Shown: one piece after another, positions 51,546 to 64,000 of the stretch
How positions within the stretch are numbered: position 1 is the stretch's first letter
How the letters are laid out: every line of letters starts with the position of its first letter
Assembly (NCBI RefSeq): GCF_009914755.1
Contig: NC_060931.1
Source: the human T2T-CHM13v2.0 reference genome, Homo sapiens
Direction: 5' to 3' (one strand)
Length of the DNA: 64,000 bases
The notes under the pieces: generated by a model
The model's input: only the letters and a program-made list of their open reading frames with translations
Told to the model about the DNA's origin: nothing
Databases searched by the model: none
Program-made: the position numbers and the translations under genes

Positions 51546-52516
51546 GGGGGCGGAGTTTGGGCAGGGGGAATATATTTAAGTAAGTTCTCTGTGAAAGCCC
51601 ATCCATGTTGGCATATTTCTTATTTATTTTTTTAAAGTCCTCCCTGCAGTCCAAATATGTTAGCGTATCTCTGATTTCAGTGTTTTTATTCGTAAACATG
51701 GCATCAAAGCCCAGGTAGGGGAGTGTGAAAACACTGTCCAATTTGTCTTTTACCTCAAGGAGTGTAATTTCAGAAAAGTAATAAGGTGAAAACCCGCTTT
51801 CAGGAGTTAGAGACTAGAACTAAGGAAACTGAAGTCTGTCATTCTGTTTGATAATAAAAGGAAGACAAATTAGATAGTTGCTAGGAGTTGGGGAAGAGCT
51901 AGAATAACAGTGTGGTTATAAAAAAATAATAAGTTTCTGTATATGAGAAGGCAGAGGAAACATGGAAAAGGTGCAGTACTAGATATTTATACAGGAAAGT
52001 TCTACACGGTGAGAATTCATGGTGTAAGTCAAGTGGTTAGCTTTGGAGAAGGGCAGGTGAGGCTCATGGCGAGGAAGAACACCTTGGCCTCGTCTCTCTA
52101 AGCTGATGTGATGACAGTAAAGGATACCAAGAAGGACCCTGAAAGCAGCAGTCTGCAGCAGCCGCTGCAGGAAAGATGATGAGACAAATAGTAAAGTGAG
52201 TATTTTCAGAGACCGAGCTGAAATTGCATGGAATTACTTACTCATGGTTCAGGTGTTTGGGCTAGGAGGCAAAAGTGGAGGAGTGCGAGTGGAAGGTTGG
52301 GAATTAGTAGATTGAGAGAGTGCGTGGGTGTTCATGTAAGTGCCACTAAAATAACAGCGTCTAAGGAACCTACCGTGGTAATGAAGAGCCTGTCTCACAA
52401 CGTTTCTGTCAGAGCAGATGTAAGGCACAGTCTTGCATCTGTGAGGATATTATAGAAAATAAATCAATTTGGGTTGCTTTATTTCTTATGTATTTTGACC
52501 CCTGGTTTCTGCACAG

Positions 52517-52748
52517 TCCACAGCAGGAGCATCATTATTGGCTAATGCCTCACCTCTGACTCTCATGACATCACCTTTGTCTGTAACAAATCAAAATGTG
52601 ACTCCTTTTGGGATGCTGGGTGGCCTTGTTCCAGTGACCATGCCCTTCCAGTTTCCCTTGGAGATATTTGGCTTTGGAACGGACACAGCTGGAGTGACAA
52701 CCACCTCGGGATCTACCTCAGCCGCTTTCCACCATAGCCTAACTCAGA
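52517..52748 (+). CDS. UBN2: UBN2 exon 16 (STAGASLLANASPLTLMTSPL...FHHSLTQ)
   Basis: tttctgcacag acceptor, gtaagt donor; 232 nt, phase 0/1; in frame with ORF 52538..52789. Confidence 0.94.
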
Positions 52749-53173
52749 GTAAGTGGGGCTCTTCTATTTGGTTGGGCTGTCTAGCTTGACAGAACAGGAA
52801 ACCTCACAAATTTATTCTAATTAAGAGTAGTCCAGTTGGAGTTAATGAAGATTATAGTTTTTTTTTTTTTTTTTAAGAAATGCAGTTTATATATAGTAAG
52901 TCAAATTATTGGACACTGGGGTTTTATATACAGTTTTTAAGCTATCTATACCACATTTCCATCTTAATGAAATTTTTAAGAGGAAGTCAGTTGTGTTGGG
53001 TTATGTGCATACACATACATTAACATAAGTAAATTTTCAAAAACGTGCTCTAGTTTTAGAAGGCCTTCGAAGTCAGGTGCTGTGCCTGCATTACATAAAT
53101 CAGTTTTCATTTTTGAACTAAAAGGGCTCAAATCTGGATTTAAAGATGACTGACAAGTCTGTTTTCCTCTCAG

Positions 53174-53266
53174 ATTTACTAAAGGGTTTACAGCCAGGAG
53201 GAGCTCAGCATGCAGCAACGCTTTCCCACTCACCTCTGCCTGCACACTTACAGCAAGCATTTCACG
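53174..53266 (+). CDS. UBN2: UBN2 exon 17 (NLLKGLQPGGAQHAATLSHSPLPAHLQQAFH)
   Basis: ttttcctctcag acceptor, gtgaga donor; 93 nt, phase 1/1. Confidence 0.93.
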
Positions 53267-53549
53267 GTGAGAACGCCACCTCCTTCATCTCTTTCTTATT
53301 TGTATAGGCTTATAGATATGGATTATACTTTTCTGAAAACAATGTGAATGGAATGACAAAGGTTGGAAAATGCAAATTTTCATAGACTGAATCCTCATTC
53401 CTCATTAGCAACAGATTCCTTTTAAGAGGAAGGAAATAGGTAGATGAGATCTGTAACATATAAAAAGAGCCTTTTTGAAGGTGTTTATTATGTGGAAATG
53501 ACGACTAATCAGAGGATTCATAAGATAGTTAAAAGTTATGTACAGTAAT

Positions 53550-53800
53550 GATAGTAGTTTACATTTATTGAAAGCTTACTAAATGCCCCAGTCTTGTGAC
53601 AGCTTACGTGGATTAGCTAACTTAATCCTTACAGCAAGCCCCTGAATGATAGATGACGATCTCCATTTTACCAATCACGAAACTGAATCAGAGAGCTAAG
53701 CAACTTGCCCAAGATAATACACAACTTGCCCAGATAACAAATGCTTGATCTGAGATACAAACCCAGGAAGTCTGACTCCATGGCCTGTATTCTTAGTGAT
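53550..53800 (-). mobile_element. MIR
   Basis: catttattgaaagcttact...ccattttaccaatcacgaaactgaatcagagagctaagcaacttgcccaag. Confidence 0.8.
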
Positions 53801-53843
53801 TAAATGTCTTGGCATTTTAGCGGAGATGAAATTAATATGATCC

Positions 53844-54200
<357 letters not shown>

Positions 54201-54922
54201 TTAGGCAGTCAGATTAGGCAATGTGCATAACACACTGGGCTCCAGCTTCTCGTTTTCCCCAGCAGTCTACCTCCATAGACACTGATATTATTCTGAAGCC
54301 CATTTTCAGGATCTTTTGAGCAGAAATAACTGCTTAGCTGCCCTCTTAACTTTGGAAGTTGACTAGGCCTCACTTTTTTTTTTTTTTTTGGCCACTGCAT
54401 TAAAAATGACCTTTGAACCAGTTTACCATTAACCACAGTGCAGAGATGGGAACTGAGGGGCAATCTTGAGGCAACAGATTGCCATTAATCCTCTGAAAGA
54501 CCTAAGTGGTGAGCTGTCTCAGTCTTAACCTTGAGAATGAGTATAAAACCACAGTTGTGTAAAATGGGTAACACAGAGTCGTGGCACAAATGTCAGCAAT
54601 CCCGATCTTCCTGAACTCTGACTAGTTTAAATATCTAAAGAGAATTTCCCTGTGACTAAAGCATGTCCCCCCCTGGGTGTAGACAGCTGCTTGGTATAAT
54701 GAATCCAGCTGAGGGTAGTGTACTCATGGGCAGATTGGCATGAATGTGGCCACCTGCAAGGAATTAAACAAGCAGGATTCTTGTGGCTCAAAAAGACCCC
54801 AGTGTTCGCTCTTACACGAACTATCAAATTTATCTGTGCAGCACTGCTATTCCGAGGGGAGAAAGGAAATATGACTGTCAGTATTTTCCAAATAACTAAA
54901 GTTAAAAAGTTTAAAATTTTTC

Positions 54923-55372
<450 letters not shown>

Positions 55373-55486
55373 TTAATGACTTCATATGAGAATCTAATAA
55401 AAAATAATTGATTTAAAGCTTCTAGCTTGGCACCTGGTGCATAGTAAGAGCTCAGTTAATGTTGATTAATTTTATTTAGTCTAAAA

Positions 55487-55704
55487 CAAAGGTCAGTAAA
55501 ATTTTTCTATAAAGGGCCAAATAGTAAATATGTTAGGCTTTGCAGGTCATATGGTCTCTGTCACCACTACTCAACTGACCATTGTAGTGAAAAACAGCCA
55601 TAAGGAGTATTTAAACACATGAGTATGACTGTAAATAAAACTTCATGTGCAAAAGCAGGCAGGGAATCAGATTTGGCCTATGGGCTGTAGTTTGCCAAAC
55701 CCTG
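55487..55704 (+). mobile_element. MER58A hAT-Charlie DNA transposon
   Basis: aagggccaaatagtaaatatgttaggctttgcagg...gatttggcctatgggctgtagtttgccaaaccctg. Confidence 0.88.
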
Positions 55705-56028
55705 GTCAAATTTGTTCCTTTTCACCTGTGTATTTCTGCTATTCATGCCTCTTCCCTCAGAGTAAAAGGTTTCCTTCTCCTGTCCTTTGCTGTCAGGCAT
55801 GGGTTGTCTTTGAGGCCTCATTTTTCTTGCTAAGGCCATGACCTGTTGGAGACTTTCTCCATATTCTGTTGGCTTTCCAAGTCATTGGGCCTTACCCTTG
55901 CCCTGGTATCCCCCTTTCCTCTCCTCCTGTCCAGTTTTTGTAGGTAATTTAGTTGAGGCTTAAATGAAGTAATCAACATTTTTTCTGCAAGCATTTAAAC
56001 AGCAGTATGTAAAAATAGAAATTATTTT

Positions 56029-56562
<534 letters not shown>

Positions 56563-57071
56563 TCAGCTGGATGTTTTTCACTACAGATGAAAAGTTTGCT
56601 ACGTTTGTTTACACAAATAATCAGGAATTATGAAATGCTGTGTCCTGGCAAGAAATTTTATTTCACTTACAAAAAAAAAAAAATGAAATTGACCTGTCTT
56701 CCAAAGGAGTTGAAAGATGTAGTGGGTCCCTCGGAGGTAGGAATTGTGTCTTCTGGTTCCTTTATAACCCTCTCACAGCATTTGACACAATTGGCTGGGA
56801 CGTAAATGATAAATACTTGTTGAAATCATATTTAAAAAACACTGAAAACCACAGTCATTTGAGAGAAGAGGATCATTGTTGTTGAGTTTTTATCTCCATG
56901 ATGTTTTATCAACCTCTATAATGCTATATGGCATGCAAGATATTAAAAGTGATATCTTTTCAGAGATGTCATCCACAAAAGATAAAAGTTAATTGTTGTT
57001 TTTGCTTTGTTTTTGTTAGCTGGTTTTTGTAACATATGGACCCATACCAATTTAACGTCTCTTTTTCTCAG

Positions 57072-57121
57072 ATGGAGGCCAAAGTAAAGGGGACACTAAA
57101 TTACCACGGAAATCTCAGTGA
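57072..57121 (+). CDS. UBN2: UBN2 exon 18 coding part (DGGQSKGDTKLPRKSQ*)
   Basis: ctttttctcag acceptor; phase matches exon 17; TGA at 57119-57121. Confidence 0.92.
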
Positions 57122-57515
57122 CTGCCCAGCAAGCAAAGGAGACGAAATGTTTAGTTGACTGATGGAATCTACCTGATGGGAAAGTACTTATGTGGTCATA
57201 GGGCTGCTGTTTCTGTCGATGTTTACATTCTCTCGTCCCAAGCACTGTGGTGAGGAGGAAAAAGAAAAGAAAACATTACTTGAGCAAAGCCAGGTGCAGG
57301 AGGAAGAAATGCTTTTGTGCAAAGTTAGTGACCTTTGGTCTCTTCTAAAGAATGACAGAGTTACCGTATTAACAGACTTGAAAGAGACTCAGTTGTCAAA
57401 CCCACAGAAATACAAATTTGATTTTTCCCGGGGGAGGAAGAAGGAAGTGAAGAGAATTTGGGTAAACTCCATCCATCCTGGGGGTTGGATCTGAACACTT
57501 ACAGACATAATTGGT

Positions 57516-57531
57516 AATAAAAGGCATTAAA
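57516..57531 (+). promoter_or_regulatory. candidate proximal polyadenylation signals (AATAAA + ATTAAA)
   Basis: aataaaaggcattaaa ~400 nt after stop; downstream GU element weak. Confidence 0.3.
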
Positions 57532-60500
57532 AACTGGAATTAGGCCAGTTTGTCAGGAATAATGATCATGTCTATTTGAATGGACTGTGTAGCAGATTTG
57601 CCACAAAAAGAAATAATAATGATTCTATCTCCGATAGACAGTAGCTGCATAGCACACCCTCGAAAATCCTGAACAAACTTGAATCTCCTCCAGTGTGTAG
57701 CAACTTCCCTCAATCAGTGGACTAAAGATCCTTCAGGAAAGTTATTTTAGCACAGTGATATATATTATTAAATCATCTAGATTTTTAAAAATCAGGAAGT
57801 TGAGCCTGTTGCTCTTAAGAGATGAAACCTAGATGTCCCCTTTTTGTAAAAGGGTCAATTTCATCTTCCGTTCAGAAGCAGGTACTTAACTCTTTTCTTC
57901 AGGTGATTTGTGCATCTAGTATTGACTGGTTAATTCTTATTTCCATTCTTGATGTTAAAATGTGACTGTGTTCACATTTTTCTCCTGAGAAATGGGGATC
58001 TTTACAGGGTTATTGCTTTGCTGCTTTTAGCCCTTGCAGCAACATAAACTCTAAGTTTCCCCAGTTCATCTAACTTCACAACTTCTCCTTCTGTTCTTTT
58101 AGCTAGTGGTCCTTCAGGTGATTATTAGCTATTGGTATAAACAGGTAGAAGTGTACACTATGTTTCTTCATTGGTCATTCAAATGGCATGAATATAGTTT
58201 TTGAATTTTTAAGATGGTATTTTAAAGGGAGGAATCACATTAGGATCACAATCACGACATATTTTTACTCCCTGTATCCAGTGTAGTGAAATTGTTTGGA
58301 GCATTTGAGATCCTAAAGCTTCACTATTTACTCAGTGTATTGGTATGTGAGTAAATCTGCAGAAAATAAGACTCCTTAGTTATTATAGCTTCCTTATGCA
58401 AATAGCATATTCAACAAAGGATGTTAAGGGAAAAATTTATGGTTCTCCTTGGATACATTTGATTTGATGGGTTTTTTTGCCGCATTATTCTAGTTTTTTA
58501 AGCTTCTGAATATTTTCATACTATATCAGAGAATGGTGTAAACTCTAAATGGTATAAGCTTCATCCATTTATAATGACACTAACCTAAAAAAAATAGACT
58601 GGTAGTGACAAGATTTATTGCATATGTGTTTATTATACATTACCCTATACCATTAGATTTACTCAATTAAGAGTATTAACCAGGCCCTTTTTTCTTTTAT
58701 ACACAAAAGTCCCAGATACCCTACAGGACTGTGAATAAATAACCACAGATCGGTTCAGATCTGTATGCCTATATTTTGACTTCAAAGTCACATTGGCTTG
58801 CTTCATAGCGAAAAAGTTAATAAATAACTGAAAACTTTAGTTCCAAGAACTTGTTACAGTAAAGGGAAAGGATTATTTCAAAGGAATCACTGATATAATT
58901 TCTTGACTCTAAGAATTTAGTTTATCAATAAAACAAATATGGATGTAGTATGAACCCCAGTAGATATTTTGGAAGGATACTGGGAGGATGTTGCAGAGAG
59001 GTTTGACTTGAATTCAGTATGTTTGATGAAGATTTGCTTGGTTTCAATTAAGGAAGCTTGCCCAATTTTTTTAATTTTTTCAAATGTAGTGGACCTCTTG
59101 CTTTTACGAAATATGAATAAAAAGGTCTTTGCTTCATACTAGGGGAAGTGATGGGATTTTCCTTTGGGAAGGTAGCCTTTGTTTTACTTCTCATACCACA
59201 AGAGAAGTCGAAGTGCGTATTAATTTCTCTTCCTGAATACTTGTATATATGTTTGTCTGTATGTATATATACATACACACATACATTCATATAAATGACT
59301 AGTTTGAGTCAAAAAATCATTTGAATTTCTTAAAACCATCAATTCTGAATCATGCCATATGAAGATCCCTGGTGACTGTCATCATTAGAAAAGAACAAGA
59401 TAATCAGTTCTTTTCCCTGTAACATTTTATACTAACCAGTAAAAATATCTGAAGGCCCTTGGCTCCAAGAATACAATGTGGAGATTCTTCTGTGTTCTCT
59501 TTAGTCTTGATTCCTTGAGGACTACTGTCAGATCCCTACCTTAAACCCCCACCTGCACTGACGACTTACATTCATTTCAGTCAGGACCCCCCTTTTATGT
59601 TGTATGAATCAGTCAAACATCGTTGTATTTCTGTATAGATAAAGTATGATCAGAGAGTTTCTACATGTAAATAGTAATCTATTTCTTTCCTAGATCATAA
59701 CATTGAAAAAGGTGCCCATACTTTATGGTCACCTGTCTTTACCGTTTTTATTACTAAAAACAAACATATAAATTGGTTATTTTTTAGCACAGAGACTTGT
59801 GACTCATACTGTATTTTTGCACTTAAAAATCAAATTATGTTATTTTTTAAAATGGTGAGTCATTGGAAAGGATATCTATAGAGCAACGTGTATTTCTGAA
59901 GAGCATTAGCAACATCCAAATGCAAAAATAATCAGCACACATGATTATATCCCACTCCTTGGGATTCTTGATTCAGGAAGATTAAGCTGTTTGTTTTCAA
60001 CTGTTTTATATTTTAAATTGCCTTCACTGATATATAAGCTGTTACTGTACATACAAGTTAATCCTCAGTATTCACAAGCAATAACAGTCAGCAGGGTTGT
60101 CCTCGGAGATAGCTGTGCTGAGCCTCAGTTGGAGACTGGGAGCAAAGTGTCAAGCTCATTCAGAGCATCCAGAATAAATGCAAGCAATAATTTCCATTAT
60201 AATTCAATTATAATTCTTGTATGCTTTTGAGGTCAGAGGGTAAATGAAATCGTGATTTTAAAACAGCCTGAAGAAAAAGGTTTTGGGAAAGGAAATGAGG
60301 CTAATCTGTAGTCATAAAATTCTGATACTTTGCGGAAATTAGAAGATGGTGATAGTGCATTCTTTTGTGCCCACCCCCCCTCTGATGGATGTTGTTAGCC
60401 CAAATTACATTTTTCATATCATGGACATTGAATAGGGTTTATTGAATCAGGAAGGTAAGGGGAAGAACCGGGCACATATGTGTTGGAATACTGTGGGTTT

Positions 60501-61688
60501 GACACCTGGTTGAAAACAACTTATTGGACATGATTTTTAACCCAGGATATTTTTTTCCCAAAGCAGATCTAAATTGTTTACTACCCAGGGTTGGAAAGGG
60601 CAGGCACCTCTAATCTAGTCTTTGTCCTCTGGTTGCCCTCTCCCACACCCCTTTCCACCTATACTTGGTTCAAGACATTTTCTGAAACGAAAATTCTGCT
60701 GTTGTTCAAACTGCCATTGGTTATGAGAACTCTGCGTCCTTTGGGATCATCTCTTAGAACTCCAGTGATCTATCATATTTGCTGCTACATTTGTAAAATG
60801 AACTTTGCCTGTATTGGTTGACTTTAATTTACAGTTCTTTATTTCTAGGATGTTTTGTCCTCTAGTTTGACTCATGTATAGAATTAGGATACTTTATTTT
60901 AGGAGTGTACCGTAAAAGCACACTGGTCCCTTTGTTGTTTTTATTATTTAGGTTTGGAATTTGTTTGCTTTTTTTTTGTTTGTTTTTTGTTTTGTTTCTG
61001 TTTTTGTTTTTTTTTAAAGTTGGAAATAGAAGAATGAGAAAAATCTATAATCAGGCCAAACTTGAGAACTTTCCTGTGCTTCAGCACTGTAATTCTGCTG
61101 ACCTAATGTTCTCAAAAGAGGCACTTTTACTTTCTATTGTGCATGTATGATTGTTGTTTTTTGCTTTTGAGGGGGCTTTTGTGTTTGTAATAATGAAGCA
61201 GAAGAAAAGTGCAGTAGTAGATAAATGATCACAACATGTTATGCAATTTTATTTTATAAAATTTTAAGGGGAAAAGTTTAACTCTTTGTAAATCATTTCT
61301 TAGCTCTGGTAAAATGCTTATATTACTCCTCTAAAACATGCTCAATTCAGGCCTTTGTCTTTGTTAAGTGCCTTTTTTCTTTCTTTTTTCCTCTCTTTTG
61401 AAACTGTTGTCACATTATCTTAAAGTACAGACTGATAAGTCAGGGGATTCAGGAGGAAGAATCTCACACTTGTCAACATCATGTCATGCTGTGTAACCCT
61501 CTTCCTTTGCTTTCTATGTATATGGATATATGTGTAAGATACATACATTACATATATATAAAACTAGGAGCTGCTGTACCATTGCATCCTTTCCAAACAC
61601 TCCCCTTTCCATGTTTGCAAAACTTCTGCCTTGTTTATTCCATTGCTTTTAGTTGATTAAAGTGGGTGGATTAGAAAAGTATCTTTTC

Positions 61689-62092
<404 letters not shown>

Positions 62093-64000
62093 GTTACTAC
62101 AAGTAAAATAAACTTAGTGAATCATTGACTATTCTTGGATATAACCCACTTTTCTGTGCTCTTTAAACTTGGCATAAGTAATATAGGAGACAGCATTGGA
62201 ATAACAAGAGTACCTTGCAAGTCACATTGGTAAGGTGCGCTAGACTAAACATGTGACAAGGCTAGCGTTAGAACCGCAGTTTGGTGTCTAAGTTTAGAAG
62301 CAGGTTAGCAACTGTCAACATGAAAAATGTATCATATTTTCTTCTGGAAAATGATTTTTGAAGAAATCATATAGCTGCATATCTATCTGTTAAAAGGTTA
62401 ATAAACTCAGAAGTAGAAAGACTTCAGATGCTGAGGAAAACATATAATCTATAGCATTCTTGAGAGATTTTCCATTTGCTTTTTATTTGCTAGATAATTA
62501 CATTTGGCTTAATCTGATTTTATGGTTATTTAGATTTCTCCCTTGAGCAAAATAACATAATTTTCAGTATCTAAGATTCATCGATTTTTTGTTGAAAACA
62601 AATAGATGTGACATGTTAAGGGAGACCAAGTTGAACCATCCCTCAGACCCAGTACAAATATACCTAGTAAGTGCCCCCCTTTCAATACATTCTAATTGGG
62701 AAGAAGAAGAGACTAGTGGCTTAAAAGGAGAAAGCAGAAGCTCCTGGTAGTGTTACCTGATAGCAGAACTTACCAGGCAGTTGGAATTCACGAGTGTTAT
62801 TCTTGAATGACTATGTCTAGGGGGAATATTGTTTAACCTTCGTGCCTCAGATTACCCATTAGACAATTGGGTATAATCATATTCACCTACCTCCCAGGGA
62901 TATCAGAGACTTTACTATTTCAAAAATATTTTGAGTTTTTGTAAAATGTCCTATATAATTAAAAATAGTATTATCATCTTCCTGCAGAGGCTAAAAAATG
63001 TTTTCCTTATAATGAGTATAAAAAGCACCCTATGGTTTTTAAATTTAAAAAAATCACTGGAATTTTAATTTAGATACATATTTGTTATTTAAACATTATC
63101 TTTGAGGTGGGATAAAATGTTTAGTTTCAGGTTAACAAGGGAGAGAAATAACACTAAGTTTAAGTAGTTTTTTTTAGCCTTTTACGGTGTTACTGTGATT
63201 TTTCGTCAAGGTTGTGGAGCTAAAGTTAGATAAAGTTATGATGCTTGGTTATTGGAGTTGATAAATGATCCTGGAAGTTTTAACTGTCTCACTTTTCCAT
63301 CTTCTCAGTCTAATTTCCTTTTATTGCTTGTTTGAGGACGGATAGCTAAGCTTTTTAACTTTCTAAGAATGAGTATGATGTCTCATTCTTGCAAATCAGA
63401 GATTGTGTACTAATTCCATTAACTGTAGGTGTATCCAGCTCTGCACTGAAGGGGTGAGCACTACACACAGTCAGCTGGATACTCTTGTAGCCATTGCACC
63501 TTTGTAATTCATGCTTCTTCAACCCATGAAAGAGGTGGAGCCATCAGCTGCTCAGGTTGTAAGAAAATGGGAGACGGAAGGCAGGATTCACTTTCTAACT
63601 GGGTCGGGGTGGGGAAGGTCAGGGTAGAAGGAAACATGTTTTCCCCAGCTCCCAGGAGGAGACGAAGATCATTTTATCCCACCTTCCATCCCTGTATATT
63701 AAGTAGTACTACTACATAGAATTTTCCCGTTATCGTTTAAAATAATAGCAACAGGAAAAGAAAAATGGATGCTGCAGTTTTAGTTGGGGCTAAATGCTGA
63801 GCAACGATTGTTGGAGTGTGTGTGTAAATTTAAATTGTAGCACATATTCAGGGTCAGGAAAGCAAAATGTTGGGGATGAGGAACCAGTGTTACCAGGTTC
63901 AAGTGAGTTAGTAGAAAGCACCAGGTCCAAGCAGACAAAGCATCTGGTTAATTTCCAGAATTGGCTAAGGTCCACTGAATCTCTAATGATAGGGTGTGTG

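Noticed and set aside
57192-57494. 100-aa ORF in the 3' UTR
   Set aside because: GTG start, low complexity, no homology

Overview
Primate (human-like), AT-rich, Alu-dense genomic DNA holding the 3' part of UBN2 (ubinuclein-2, the histone H3.3-specificity subunit of the HIRA chaperone complex) on the + strand. I reconstructed 16 GT-AG coding exons (exons 3-18 by my recollection of the gene model). They join in one open frame of 3483 nt (1160 aa + TGA at 57119-57121), running from the HRD/HUN H3.3-binding domain through the middle domain and a 1551-nt Ser/Pro-rich exon to the C-terminus ...KLPRKSQ*. A long 3' UTR probably runs past the window end. Introns hold roughly 50 Alu/FLAM pieces plus L1, L2, MIR, MaLR LTR and DNA-transposon fossils. 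Almost all other ORFs in the track are Alu-derived or chance. No new system is proven. Best leads: (1) an Alu-bracketed exon 7-9 circle whose ORF runs once around the circle and stops on an ATGA start/stop overlap (107 aa); (2) a complete C/D'/C'/D box snoRNA-like arrangement in intron 15; (3) a 156-bp non-tandem duplication with one mismatch; (4) a decayed copy of exon-15 coding sequence in the next intron; (5) a Pumilio-element cluster in the 3' UTR. Repeat boundaries and subfamilies were read by eye and are approximate.
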